From an uncultured delta proteobacterium (GTDB lineage Bacteria; Desulfobacterota; WTBG01), in assembly GCA_963793865.1 (NCBI GenBank), contig CAWCBP010000001.1, positions 1,184,001-1,248,000 on the forward strand: 64,000 nt of DNA. Direction: 5' to 3'. Below, piece by piece: positions 1 to 12,550 of this stretch. The position numbers and the translations under genes were made by a program. The notes under the pieces were generated by a model that saw only the letters and a list, made by a program, of their open reading frames with translations, was not told the DNA's origin and did not search any database. Each line of letters starts with the position of its first letter. The stretch's first letter is position 1.

Positions 1-80
1 TTAACCTGATCGGACACCACGAAATCATGCTGCCCCTGCTCACGGCGGCGGTACTTGAAAAGCTGGCCAACAATATTTGA
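1..80 (+). CDS. 3' end of a conserved hypothetical protein (partial; ...NLIGHHEIMLPLLTAAVLEKLANNI*)
   Basis: Frame 3 is open from the window edge to TGA at 78-80 with a protein-like GHHEIMLPLL motif, followed by a REP hairpin. Confidence 0.55.
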   Translation, partial: NLIGHHEIMLPLLTAAVLEKLANNI

Positions 81-86
81 TGTTTC

Positions 87-138
87 GGTAGGAGCGCGTT
101 CACGCGCGATACATTCGCGGCTGAAAGCCGCTCCTGCC
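87..138. repeat. GTAG-type REP doublet, family A copy 1
   Basis: GGTAGGAGCGCG...TCGCGGCTGAAAGCCGCTCCTGCC; ungapped 52-bp match to 26602-26653. Confidence 0.75.
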
Positions 139-174
139 GGATAGCAATAGATAGAACGGTGAGATCACAATTAC

Positions 175-558
175 ATGGAAAGAAAAATAAAAATTGTTGC
201 CGGCGGCGTGACGGCGGAAGCAATGCTGATCCCTGACAACCCCACGGCTGATGCCGTCTGGGATGCGCTTCCCCTGGAATCAACCTGCAATCTCTGGGGC
301 GATGAAATCTATTTCACCATTCCCGTTTCGCGCGGCCTGGACCGGGATGCAAAAGAAATCGTGGAAAAGGGGAATCTGGGTTACTGGCCCGACGGACCGG
401 CATTCTGCATCTTTTTCGGCCCTACCCCGATCAGTCGCGGCGGCGCCATAAAACCCGCGAGTGCCGTGAACATTTTTGGTAACATCATCGGCAGTTCCGA
501 AGTGTTCAAGCAGGTTCCCTCCCGTGCACCCATCCGGGTGGAAAAGGTCATGTCATGA
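175..558 (+). CDS. Cyclophilin-like fold protein (TM1367/DUF369 type)
   Basis: WGDEIYF, GYWPDGPAFCIFFGPTP and ASAVNIFG motifs. Confidence 0.85.
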   Translation: MERKIKIVAGGVTAEAMLIPDNPTADAVWDALPLESTCNLWGDEIYFTIPVSRGLDRDAKEIVEKGNLGYWPDGPAFCIFFGPTPISRGGAIKPASAVNIFGNIIGSSEVFKQVPSRAPIRVEKVMS

Positions 559-1022
559 AACCGGCGGAAAGAATCGTTGCCCTCTTTGCCACCGGCTTTT
601 ATACCGGCCATTTCCCCTTCGCCCCCGCCACCTTCAGCACGCTTGTACTGGGAATCCCCGTCTACCTTCTCTGCTCCCTGCTCAGCACATACTGGTATGT
701 CATCCTGCTGCTGTCCCTGATTGCGCTGGCGGTCGAGCTCTCGGACAGGGCCGAAAGATTTTTCGGGAAGCTGGATTGCAGCTTCATAGTCATTGACGAG
801 CTGGCCGGATTTTTAATTACCATGTTCATGGTCCCTCCCGGCCTGATCACCATCACCCTCGGGTTTTTTCTCTTTCGCTTTTTTGACGTATTCAAGCCCC
901 CTCCCGCAAATTTCTTCAATAAGAGAAAAAAGGGCGGGTATGATGTGGTAATGGATGATGTCTTTGCCGGGATTTACGCCAACTTGGTATTGCAGGGTGC
1001 AGTGTATTTCTTTTTATCGTAA
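555..1022 (+). CDS. pgpA: Phosphatidylglycerophosphatase A
   Basis: G.FPFAPAT, IVIDELAG, FRFFDVFKP and VVMDDVFAG motifs; usual position before cinA. Confidence 0.93.
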   Translation: MKPAERIVALFATGFYTGHFPFAPATFSTLVLGIPVYLLCSLLSTYWYVILLLSLIALAVELSDRAERFFGKLDCSFIVIDELAGFLITMFMVPPGLITITLGFFLFRFFDVFKPPPANFFNKRKKGGYDVVMDDVFAGIYANLVLQGAVYFFLS

Positions 1023-1080
1023 GCGTATGAGGGCTTAACACGAAAACAATCTTGTAGGGTGGATTCGAAATAGATCATAT

Positions 1081-1141
1081 GTAGGGACGCGCTCCGTCGC
1101 GTCCGGATATTGTAAGCGGCCATGACAGAGCATGGCCCTCC
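1081..1141. repeat. REP doublet (REPIN-like), family B copy 1
   Basis: GTAGGGACGCGCTCCGTCGCGTCCG plus an inverted partner CGGCCATGACAGAGCATGGCCCTCC; same 61-bp layout as 13865-13925. Confidence 0.7.
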
Positions 1142-1246
1142 ATGGGCCACATCATTGTAAATAACAGACCCGGTTTTCCAAGCGGGGTGTTTTAAAAAGT
1201 GAACAGCATCGGTACTCAGGTTTTGCTGAAACGCTTCAATGCCAGG

Positions 1247-1263
1247 TGGCATGGTTCCTGCTA
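1247..1263 (+). promoter_or_regulatory. Putative sigma-54 -24/-12 promoter upstream of cinA
   Basis: TGGCATGGTTCCTGCTA has GG-N10-GC spacing, ~90 bp before the cinA ATG. Confidence 0.4.
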
Positions 1264-1352
1264 TACACAAAGGGCGTGACACGAGCAGAGTGCTCACGTG
1301 CATTGTATAAAGGTGTGTGCATTCTGACTTACACCGCGGGGAGAGTAAATAC

Positions 1353-2606
1353 ATGAAGGCTCAAATCATATCCATCGGGAATGAGCTGACCTCAGGCAGC
1401 GTCCTCAACAGCAACGCCACCTTCATTGCCAACCATCTTTTCAGCAGCGGCATCGAAGTCGCGGGCATTATCACCGTGGGAGACGACAGCGCGGTAATCA
1501 TTGAAGCGCTGCGCGGCGTCAGCTCCTCGGTCAGCTTCGTCGTGGTCACCGGCGGCCTCGGCCCCACCGTTGATGACATTACCACCCACGCGGCGGCCGA
1601 GGCCTTGAGGAGAAAGCTCACCTTGAACACGCAGGCCCGGCAGGCAATGGAGGAGTTTTTCAAGCGCATGGGCCGAACCATGGATCCTCACAACCTGAGG
1701 CAGGCCTACCTCCCCGGCGGCGCAGCGGTCATTCACAATCCCATCGGTACCGCCTGCGGCTTTTCCGTCATCCGCGGCAGCACCATGTATTTCTTTCTGC
1801 CCGGCGTTCCCCGGGAGATGATGAGGATGTTTGAGGCCGGCGTCCTGCCGCTCATCAGAAAGGAAAGGCCGGACGACACCATGGTCAGGACGGCGGTACT
1901 GAAAATTTTCGGCAGGACCGAATCGTACTGCGACCAGGCGCTGGCAGATCTCATCAGGCAGGAGCAGGAGATCAGCTTTGCCTTCCTGCCCCATTATCCC
2001 GAGATTACCATCAAGCTGACCATCCGCGGAACGGACAGAAAATACCTGGAAAAGAAGCTGAAGGCAGTTGAGCGCAAAACAAAGCGCCTCCTGGGTGATA
2101 TCGTCTTCGGCAAAGACGAGGAGACGATGGAAATGGTGGTGGGAAACCTCCTGCGAAGCACCGGCGCCACTCTTTCCCTGGCGGAATCATGCACCGGCGG
2201 CCTGATCACCCACCGCCTCACCAACGTGCCCGGCAGTTCTGACTACCTCGAGCGCGCTCTAATTGTTTACAGCAACGCGGCGAAAAAAGAGCTGCTCGGC
2301 ATGCCGGCCTCCATCCTCAGCAAACACGGCGCCGTGAGCCCGGAAGCGGCGGCACACATGGCCAAAGCGGTGAAGCGGTTGAGCAAAGCCACCATCGGAC
2401 TGGCCGTCACCGGTATCGCCGGTCCCGGCGGCGGTACGGCGGAGAAACCCGTGGGAACGGTCTTTATCGGTCTCTCGCACAAGCGGCAGGTCACCACCCA
2501 CCGCCACCAGTTCTATGGCGACCGGGATCAGATTAAGAGCATAACCTCACAGTATGCCCTGGACCACCTCAGAAAACTCCTGATCGCCGGGGAGATGCGC
2601 GGTTGA
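1353..2606 (+). CDS. cinA: Competence/damage-inducible protein CinA (MoCF-like + NMN deamidase PncC domains)
   Basis: IGNELTSG, TGGLGPTVDDIT, LPGVPREM, AESCTGG and GAVS...TGIAGPGGG motifs. Confidence 0.95.
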   Translation: MKAQIISIGNELTSGSVLNSNATFIANHLFSSGIEVAGIITVGDDSAVIIEALRGVSSSVSFVVVTGGLGPTVDDITTHAAAEALRRKLTLNTQARQAMEEFFKRMGRTMDPHNLRQAYLPGGAAVIHNPIGTACGFSVIRGSTMYFFLPGVPREMMRMFEAGVLPLIRKERPDDTMVRTAVLKIFGRTESYCDQALADLIRQEQEISFAFLPHYPEITIKLTIRGTDRKYLEKKLKAVERKTKRLLGDIVFGKDEETMEMVVGNLLRSTGATLSLAESCTGGLITHRLTNVPGSSDYLERALIVYSNAAKKELLGMPASILSKHGAVSPEAAAHMAKAVKRLSKATIGLAVTGIAGPGGGTAEKPVGTVFIGLSHKRQVTTHRHQFYGDRDQIKSITSQYALDHLRKLLIAGEMRG

Positions 2607-2608
2607 AA

Positions 2609-2637
2609 TTGACAAGCGTTCCGTGCTGTGCTATCTA
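2609..2637 (+). promoter_or_regulatory. Putative sigma-70 promoter for thpR-recA
   Basis: TTGACA-N17-TATCTA with an extended -10 TG. Confidence 0.5.
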
Positions 2638-2679
2638 AGGCACGCATGACGCCCATTACGGCGGAAGACTGCGTCACAA

Positions 2680-2762
2680 TGTTATTCTGAGGCATCCGCC
2701 GAAGAATCTCCGTTCTTAAACTGATTGATTCCATGAGATTCTTCACTGAGTGCGGAATGACA
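2680..2762. repeat. Palindromic intergenic repeat (GTCATTC..GAAGAATCT/AGATTCTTC..GAATGAC type)
   Basis: Terminal IR TGTTATTC/GAATGACA and inner IR GAAGAATCTC/GAGATTCTTC; architecture like 54654-54762. Confidence 0.65.
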
Positions 2763-2796
2763 CAGTCTCCCGGGGCGATGGGACAGAGAGGGTGCA

Positions 2797-3390
2797 ATGC
2801 CGCCGATAAGATCCTTTATCGCCATTGAACTGCCGACCGAGACCAGGTCCGGCCTGGAACGCATAACCGGCAAACTTAAGGCATCCGCCGGCGACGTGCG
2901 CTGGGTCAAAACGGACGATATTCACCTGACCCTCAAATTCCTGGGCGACGTTGAAGAAGAGCGGATTGCCGAAATAGGCGGGTGCATTGAGCACTGTGTG
3001 CAGGCAATAAGCCCGTTTCCCCTCGCGGTGCGCGGTCTGGGCGCGTTCCCCAGCGACCACAGCCCTCAGGTGATCTGGATTGGCGCCGCTGATGAGTCGG
3101 GCAGCCTCTCCCGCATGCAGCGCACGCTCGAGGACGGACTGTCCCGCCTGGGTTTTAAAAAGGAAAAGCGGCCCTTTTCGCCGCACCTCACCCTGGGGAG
3201 GCTCAAATCCCCGCGGGGGAAGGATGCGGTGCGCAGGGCGCTGGCTGAATTTAAAAATGCCGACTGCGGCTCATGCACGGCTGAAGCCGTCTGCCTTTTC
3301 AAGAGCGAACTGAAGCTGGGCGGCGCCGTGCACACCCGCTTGAAATCGTGCGTGCTCCAGCACCCCCGGCTGAGCGGATCCGCCCCGTGA
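2797..3390 (+). CDS. thpR: RNA 2',3'-cyclic phosphodiesterase (2H family)
   Basis: Two HxT motifs ([15 protein letters not shown]), RSFIAI N-terminus, position upstream of recA. Confidence 0.93.
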   Translation: MPPIRSFIAIELPTETRSGLERITGKLKASAGDVRWVKTDDIHLTLKFLGDVEEERIAEIGGCIEHCVQAISPFPLAVRGLGAFPSDHSPQVIWIGAADESGSLSRMQRTLEDGLSRLGFKKEKRPFSPHLTLGRLKSPRGKDAVRRALAEFKNADCGSCTAEAVCLFKSELKLGGAVHTRLKSCVLQHPRLSGSAP

Positions 3391-3415
3391 CGGGGCTTCA
3401 CAGGAGGACCATATC

Positions 3416-4462
3416 ATGTCTCAGGATATCAACAAGAAGAAGGCCATTGACAGCGCTGTAAGCCAGATCGAGAAACAGTTTGGCAAAGGGTCGATCATGA
3501 AGCTGGGCGGCGAATACACCATTCCCGATATACCCGTGATCTCGACCGGCTCAATCATGCTGGATGCCGCACTGGGCATCGGCGGCGTCCCCCGCGGCAG
3601 GGTGGTGGAAATTTACGGCCCCGAGTCATCCGGGAAAACGACCCTGTCGCTGCAGATCGTGGCTGAAGCCCAAAAGACCGGTGGTTCCGCCGCATTTATC
3701 GACGCGGAGCACGCCGTGGACATCAGCTATGCCCAGCAGCTGGGCGTTAAAACCGATGAGCTCCTGGTCTCCCAGCCGGACACCGGGGAGCAGGCGCTGG
3801 AGATTGCCGAGGTTCTGGTGCGCAGCGGCGCCCTCGATGTAATCGTGATTGATTCGGTTGCCGCGCTGGTCCCGCGGGCCGAGATTGAAGGCGACATGGG
3901 GGACGCGCACATGGGGCTGCAGGCGCGCTTGATGTCCCAGGCGCTCCGCAAGCTGGCGGCCGCCATCAACAAGTCAAAAACCTGCATGATCTTCATAAAC
4001 CAGATCCGGATGAAAATAGGCGTCATGTTCGGGAATCCCGAGACCACCACCGGCGGAAACGCGCTCAAATTTTATGCTTCCATCAGGCTGGACATCAGGC
4101 GCATGGAGGCCCTGAAGAATGAGGACGGCGTGTACGGATCCCGGACAAAGGTGAAAGTGGTGAAAAACAAGCTGGCCCCCCCCTTCAAGGAGGCTCAGTT
4201 TGAGATCATCTACGGAAAGGGCATCTCCAGGGCAGGCGAGCTCCTTGATATCGCCACCAATAGCAACATCGTTGAGAAAAGCGGCACCTGGTATTCATAC
4301 CGCGATGAGCGCATCGGCCAGGGCCGGGACAACGCGCGCAAGTATCTTGAAGACAATCCCCCGGTCGCGGAAAAGATTGAAAAGGAGATAAAGGAGCACC
4401 TTGGCTTATCCGGCAAAGAGAAAAAAGGAGATGCGAAAGAGGGAGGTAAAGGGGAACATTGA
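3416..4462 (+). CDS. recA: Recombinase RecA
   Basis: [39 protein letters not shown]. Confidence 0.99.
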   Translation: MSQDINKKKAIDSAVSQIEKQFGKGSIMKLGGEYTIPDIPVISTGSIMLDAALGIGGVPRGRVVEIYGPESSGKTTLSLQIVAEAQKTGGSAAFIDAEHAVDISYAQQLGVKTDELLVSQPDTGEQALEIAEVLVRSGALDVIVIDSVAALVPRAEIEGDMGDAHMGLQARLMSQALRKLAAAINKSKTCMIFINQIRMKIGVMFGNPETTTGGNALKFYASIRLDIRRMEALKNEDGVYGSRTKVKVVKNKLAPPFKEAQFEIIYGKGISRAGELLDIATNSNIVEKSGTWYSYRDERIGQGRDNARKYLEDNPPVAEKIEKEIKEHLGLSGKEKKGDAKEGGKGEH

Positions 4463-4926
4463 GGAGGCAAAAAATCTTGCCTTCCGGTTCCTCTCCTATC
4501 GCTCCCGGACTTCGGAAGAAGTGAGGCGCAAATTGTCCGAGTCGGGATTTTCCCCATCCGCTGTAGAGGGCGCAATTGCCCGGCTGGAGGAGCTGAAATA
4601 TCTCAACGATTATGATTATGCCCGTGCGTCCGGACGCTCCTGTGTTGAGCACAAATGCTGGGGCCCTGCCCGCATCAGGGATGCCCTTTTAAAAAAAGGG
4701 GTTGCCCCGGCGATCATCACCTCAGTTGTGCAGGAGCTGGCAGATGAACACGATTTCAGCCGGGTCGCGCGGCGCGCGCTCGAAACACGGTTCTCCCCGG
4801 TCGGAGATGCAAAAGCTCGCCGAAAAGAAAACAAGGCAGCGGTTGATCGACTACCTTGTTCGGAAGGGATTTTCCTGGAGCATTATTGCGGATGTTATCC
4901 ATATCGACCAAAACACATGCATCTGA
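4431..4926 (+). CDS. recX: Regulatory protein RecX (+1 frameshift near 4800, probably a sequence error)
   Basis: [15 protein letters not shown]...YLND...[15 protein letters not shown] in one frame; the RecX C-terminus [16 protein letters not shown] is in the +1 frame. Confidence 0.85.
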
Positions 4927-4935
4927 TATGCGCCC

Positions 4936-7581
<2,646 letters not shown>

Positions 7582-7600
7582 GCCTGTTCAGCGCTGCGGA

Positions 7601-8392
7601 TTATTTCTTTTCCAGGTCTGCTGCGTCTTTTACGGCTGCAGCATCCGCAGGGGGCGCGTTGAGCAGGGCCTGCATTGCCGTTCCGTAGGGGCTGTCGGGA
7701 TAGTCCTCCTGCAGGCTTGCCAGCACCTCGCGGGCCCTCTCCGGTTCATTAAGCTGGTGGTAGGAAAGTCCCAGATAGTAAAGCACTTCATCGCGGTTCT
7801 TAATAAACGCATACTGTGACAACAGGTTCACAAACCGCTCTTTTGCCGCCCAGTACTTTTTGCTTTTGTAATAATACCGCCCGATGGAATAGTCATGCTC
7901 AAACATGCTCCGGCGGCAGATCTTGTAATATCCCATGGCGCTCCCGGTGAACGGGCTTTGGGGATAGTTCTTAATCAGGAACTCAAAGAAACCGGACGCC
8001 TTCTCGGCGGGTATCTGATCGCGGTCAAAGGTTTCAAGCTGCTTAAAGTGGCACATGCCCAGCTGGTAAATGGCATAGGGAACATCCGGATTGCTGGGGT
8101 GCAGGCGCTTGAATTCCTCGTAGAAATGAATTGCTTCCACATATTCTTCCTTGAAGTAGTGGATGTCCGCCAGCCTGAGCTCGGCGATGACTGCGTAGGG
8201 GCTTAAGGGAAATTTATCCCTCAGTTCCGTGAAGGCCGGCTTGGCGTCGTAGTAGTTTTTTTGGCGGTAGAGTTCCATGGCCTTCTGGAAAGCCTGCTCA
8301 TCAGTCCCCGCGTTCTTCGAAACATCCGGGGTTGACCGGCAGGCGGAAAGCAGCATCATCAGGCACAGCATCAGCAGGGTGTGAAGTTTCAT
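7601..8392 (-). CDS. bamD: Outer membrane assembly lipoprotein BamD
   Basis: Lipobox LSAC, TPR helices, FPLSPYA, LHPSNP, DRDQ motif; start codon approximate. Confidence 0.88.
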   Translation of the reverse strand: MKLHTLLMLCLMMLLSACRSTPDVSKNAGTDEQAFQKAMELYRQKNYYDAKPAFTELRDKFPLSPYAVIAELRLADIHYFKEEYVEAIHFYEEFKRLHPSNPDVPYAIYQLGMCHFKQLETFDRDQIPAEKASGFFEFLIKNYPQSPFTGSAMGYYKICRRSMFEHDYSIGRYYYKSKKYWAAKERFVNLLSQYAFIKNRDEVLYYLGLSYHQLNEPERAREVLASLQEDYPDSPYGTAMQALLNAPPADAAAVKDAADLEKK

Positions 8393-8585
8393 AACATGCA
8401 TGGACAGCACCGATCGGGTAGAATGGCATTCACTGCACAAGGAGAAGGGCAAGCAGGCGCTTTCCCGTCATTCCGATTTAGTCCATACACCATAGTTACC
8501 TGCAAGTCAAGCACGTCCTTCGGCAATCGCCGTCACTTTTTGCATCGGGTGCAACAAGCAGGTGCTGCATCAGCGGAGCCTCACC

Positions 8586-9659
8586 ATGTCCTTTGAACCA
8601 CGATGCCTGGCCACCACTATCGGCAGCCTGCCGCACAGCGATGCCCTTGAGGCAACCCGGCTTATGCTGCGCTTCACCCCGCGGATACCCGCATGGGCCC
8701 AATTGAGCAAGCGGCCCCAGGAAGGCATGCTGGTGCAGTTCACCGAAGGGATGCCGGGCTTTCAGCGGCCTCTTCAGGGTGGGAATTATTTTGACGTGGA
8801 TGCCCCTTCGTTCCAGGCCGGCGTCTCGGCATTGTACGAAAATTACCTGGCAGTGTTTGAAGAGCATTCCCTCGCCCGACTGGAGTCATACGCAATCAGC
8901 CGCGATCATGCCCGGGGGTTTCACGCCCTGCTGGAGCTGCTCACAAGTGAAGGGCACCGGCCGCACGCGCTGAAGGGGCAGGTCACCGGCCCGTTTACCT
9001 TTGGAACCAGCGTAACCGACGGGCACGGAAAAAGCGCCTACTACGACGGCCTGCTCAGGGACATCATCGTCAAGAGCATTTCGCTCAAGGCGGCGTGGCA
9101 GATCGAGCAGCTGCGACCTCATGCCGCTTCGGTGCTCATCTCCATCGATGAGCCTTCGCTGGTCGGCTTCGGCTCCTCGGCCTACATCGGCATAACCGCC
9201 GATGACATCCAAAAGGATTTGAACGAAATCATCGGGTGCATCCACCAGACCCACGGGTATGCCGGCCTGCACTGCTGCGAAAACACCGACTGGTCGGTGG
9301 TCCTTGGCACCGGCATTGATGTCATCAGCTTCGATGCCTACAGCTATTTCGACAAGCTGCTGCTGTATGCCGACGCGCTCGGCGCTTTTCTTGCCCGGGG
9401 GGGCATACTGGCCTGGGGGCTTGTCCCCACCGCGGATCCGGCACTGCTGCATGCAGAAAGCGCCGGGACCCTTCTCGACAAATGGCACTCCCGCATTGAC
9501 CAGCTTGCGCACCGCGGCATTGACGCCGAGCGGATCGCGGCCCAGTCGCTCATAACCCCGAGCTGCGGAGCGGGCCTCCTCTCACCCCGGGACGCCGAGC
9601 TGGTGCTGCGGCTGCTGAGCGACCTTTCACGGAGTTTACAAGACCTCTACTTTGGCTGA
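8586..9659 (+). CDS. Single-domain core methionine synthase, MesB-like (MetE C-terminal barrel)
   Basis: TTIGSLPH, KGQVTGP, IDEP, GLHCC, SFDAY, LAWGLVP and ITPSCG (Zn ligands); no N-terminal folate-binding half. Confidence 0.75.
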   Translation: MSFEPRCLATTIGSLPHSDALEATRLMLRFTPRIPAWAQLSKRPQEGMLVQFTEGMPGFQRPLQGGNYFDVDAPSFQAGVSALYENYLAVFEEHSLARLESYAISRDHARGFHALLELLTSEGHRPHALKGQVTGPFTFGTSVTDGHGKSAYYDGLLRDIIVKSISLKAAWQIEQLRPHAASVLISIDEPSLVGFGSSAYIGITADDIQKDLNEIIGCIHQTHGYAGLHCCENTDWSVVLGTGIDVISFDAYSYFDKLLLYADALGAFLARGGILAWGLVPTADPALLHAESAGTLLDKWHSRIDQLAHRGIDAERIAAQSLITPSCGAGLLSPRDAELVLRLLSDLSRSLQDLYFG

Positions 9660-10714
9660 TGACATTCATGGCGGGTACGAAAGACTTTTCCTCAGCACGG
9701 TCACCTGAAACCGTTGACGCGGTGCTTCTTGCCGGCGACAGGGGGGCAAGCAGGACCGTATGCGGCAGAAACAAGTCCTTCCTGCACATCAACGGAATCC
9801 CCCTCTTCGTGTATGTCCTCAAGGCGCTGGAGGGGGCGGAGCTGGTCGACCGCATCTGCATTATCGGCCCTCATGAGCAGATAGAGCGGACGCTTGCCGA
9901 GCATTACGGCCCGCCAACCCGGGGGAAGGGGCTTATCCTCTGCGAACAGAGCGAGTCTCTTTTCCACAACGTGTGGAAGTCTTTTCTTGAGATCACGCCC
10001 GAGGCCCGGTCAGCCGATCCCCCCTCCCCTGCCGTGCGGGAAAAATCAATTCTGTACATTTCAGGCGATGTCCCGCTGGTTACCCCGTTTGAGATTGACA
10101 GCTTTCTCCGCGGCTGCGACCGCGCCCGGTACGATTACAGTCTCGGCATCGCCGCCGCCGAGCACCTCACCTTCTTCCGTCCCCACCTGGGCACACCGGG
10201 CATCAGCACCCACTTCTTTCACATCAAGGAGGGTAAATTCAGGCAGAACAATCTCCACCTGGTCAAGCCGCTCATGGTCGAAAACAGAGGCTACATTCAA
10301 AAGGTTTACGACTTCAGGTACCAGAGGGACTCGCGCAACATCCTGCGGCTGGCGCGGGAGTTTTTTAAAGTGCACGTGGGATGGCAGGGATTCTGGTGCT
10401 ACGGGCTGCTTCACTGGCACCAGTTTCTGTCCCGGATTCATTTAAACCCGCTCACCCTGCCAACGCGGTTCCTGCTGCCCCGCTCATTTATTGAAGGCTG
10501 CGTTTCCAGGGTTCTGGGGACCCGGTTCGGGACCACGGTGACGCCCCTGGTCGGCGCTGTCCTGGATGTTGACAACGAGCGGGACTACCGGGCAATGTGC
10601 GACATGTTTTCAGTCTGGCAGCGCCATCTCGCCGAATGCGAGGACCGGATGCGGAACCGGCTGTCGGCCACCATCTCTTCCGGAGCGCAACAGCCGGGAT
10701 CTCGCGTGGCATAG
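9659..10714 (+). CDS. Nucleotidyltransferase family protein (MobA-like NTP transferase domain)
   Basis: DAVLLAGD...NKSFLHINGIPL, SGDVPL, LDVDNERD; start overlaps the upstream stop. Confidence 0.75.
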   Translation: MTFMAGTKDFSSARSPETVDAVLLAGDRGASRTVCGRNKSFLHINGIPLFVYVLKALEGAELVDRICIIGPHEQIERTLAEHYGPPTRGKGLILCEQSESLFHNVWKSFLEITPEARSADPPSPAVREKSILYISGDVPLVTPFEIDSFLRGCDRARYDYSLGIAAAEHLTFFRPHLGTPGISTHFFHIKEGKFRQNNLHLVKPLMVENRGYIQKVYDFRYQRDSRNILRLAREFFKVHVGWQGFWCYGLLHWHQFLSRIHLNPLTLPTRFLLPRSFIEGCVSRVLGTRFGTTVTPLVGAVLDVDNERDYRAMCDMFSVWQRHLAECEDRMRNRLSATISSGAQQPGSRVA

Positions 10715-10759
10715 GAAGCCGTAAGCCTCATACACGTTCTTTCCATAAAGGATTTTTGG

Positions 10760-11632
10760 ATGCGCCATAAAAATCTCTGCATCAGATTCTGGGGAACACG
10801 GGGATCGGTACCGTCTCCCGGAAGAAGCAAAACCAGGTATGGCGGGAACACCTCCTGCGTGGAGGTGGCCCTCCCCGGCAGCCGGTTAATCATTCTTGAC
10901 GCCGGAACAGGCATCAGGGAACTGGGCAATGACCTCATCAGGAGAACCGGGAAAATCAATGCCACGATTCTGCTCTCCCATTACCACTGGGATCATATAC
11001 AGGGGCTTCCTTTTTTTGCCCCGGCATATCACCGTTCCCACACGCTCACCGTGTGCGGCTGCCGTCACACGCAGTTTCCCCTGGAAAAAATCTTTTCCAG
11101 CCAGATGGAGTCCATACATTTCCCGGTCAAGTCCAGCTCCCTCGCCGCGGACATCAGGTTCAGGCAATTGACTCCCGCTTCTGCGAGCATCGATGATGCC
11201 GACCTCGCGGTCATGCGCGCCAACCACCCGGGCATCACCCTTTCCTTTGCCCTCGGCTTCGAAGGAAGGAAAATTATCTACATGACCGACAATGAGCTGC
11301 TCCCGGCGGCGCGGCTGGCCCGGAGCCATATTCCGTACGACAGGGGGAAGTTTATTCGCTTCATCAAGGGTGCGGATGTGCTCATCCACGATTCACAGTA
11401 CAGCGACCGGGAGTACCGGTCAAAAAAGGGCTGGGGGCACTCTTCCTGGAAGGAAGCTGTCCGGCTCGGCGCGGAAAGCGACGTGCGGCATCTCATCCTC
11501 TTTCACCATGATCCGGATCACGCCGACAGCGTCATTGACGCGCAGGTTGAGGAGTGCCGGGCGATGATCGGAAGACTGGATGTTCCGATGAAGTGTTCCG
11601 CGGCGCAGGAAGGAAAGGAAGTCCGCCTCTGA
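10760..11632 (+). CDS. MBL-fold metallo-hydrolase (phosphodiesterase-like)
   Basis: FWGTRGSVP, YGGNTSC, DAGTG, SHYHWDHIQG, GWGHS, FHHDP. Confidence 0.88.
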   Translation: MRHKNLCIRFWGTRGSVPSPGRSKTRYGGNTSCVEVALPGSRLIILDAGTGIRELGNDLIRRTGKINATILLSHYHWDHIQGLPFFAPAYHRSHTLTVCGCRHTQFPLEKIFSSQMESIHFPVKSSSLAADIRFRQLTPASASIDDADLAVMRANHPGITLSFALGFEGRKIIYMTDNELLPAARLARSHIPYDRGKFIRFIKGADVLIHDSQYSDREYRSKKGWGHSSWKEAVRLGAESDVRHLILFHHDPDHADSVIDAQVEECRAMIGRLDVPMKCSAAQEGKEVRL

Positions 11633-11829
11633 CCCGGGCACCGGCGCCGCAGCCGGCTTTCTCTGTGCCTGGTCCCGGCATTATGTGCTTGACACCGGCT
11701 CTGAAAAACTGATTTAATCAGGCTTGCGTTGAAGAGTGTGGACGGTTAATCTCGCTTCCGGCTGTAAAAGTTTACCCGCACCGATATCCGTGTACGGCAG
11801 ATCCGCTCAAGGGAACGCAGGGCACAATC

Positions 11830-12540
11830 ATGCTCGATACCTTTACCCAGAATCTTGAAAGCGCAATACACACCGCACCGATTATTGCCATATTCATCTC
11901 GCTGGCAGCGGGTATCGTTACCAGCTTTACACCCTGCGTGTATCCCCTCATACCCATCACCGTGGGATTCATCGGTGCCAAAGGATCACCCACCAGAATA
12001 AGAGGCTTTTATCTTTCGCTGATGTACGTGATCGGCCTGGCGCTGGTGTATTCCTGCCTGGGCGCCTTCGCCGCACTCACCGGAAAGTTTTTCGGCCACA
12101 TTCAGTCCAATCCCTGGATGCATTTCGTGGTTGCGAATCTCTGCATCATTTTCGGCCTGGCCATGCTCGACGTTATCACCATTCAATTCACCTGGGACCC
12201 GCTGCACAGCGCCTTCCGGATGGAGCGGAGGGGCGGCATAACCTCCCTGGCCATGGGCGGCGCCTCCGCCCTCATCGCCGCCCCCTGTACGGCGCCGGTA
12301 CTGGGCGTATTGCTTACCTTTGTCGGAACCAAGCAGAATATACCGCTGGGTATAACCATGCTCTTCGCCTACGCCTTCGGCATGGGGTTCCTGCTCATCC
12401 TGATCGGAACCTTCACCGGTCTCCTCACCTCGCTCCCCCGTTCCGGAGAGTGGATGGTCAGAATAAAAAAAGGGTTCGGGGTGATGATGATTGCGGTCGG
12501 GGAATACTTTCTCATCAAGGCTGGTCAATTGATGTTCTGA
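11830..12540 (+). CDS. ccdA: Cytochrome c biogenesis protein CcdA / DsbD transmembrane domain
   Basis: SFTPCVYPLIP and AAPCTAPVL cysteine pair, SGEWM; multiple TM helices. Confidence 0.88.
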   Translation: MLDTFTQNLESAIHTAPIIAIFISLAAGIVTSFTPCVYPLIPITVGFIGAKGSPTRIRGFYLSLMYVIGLALVYSCLGAFAALTGKFFGHIQSNPWMHFVVANLCIIFGLAMLDVITIQFTWDPLHSAFRMERRGGITSLAMGGASALIAAPCTAPVLGVLLTFVGTKQNIPLGITMLFAYAFGMGFLLILIGTFTGLLTSLPRSGEWMVRIKKGFGVMMIAVGEYFLIKAGQLMF

Positions 12541-12550
12541 AGGAGCACGC

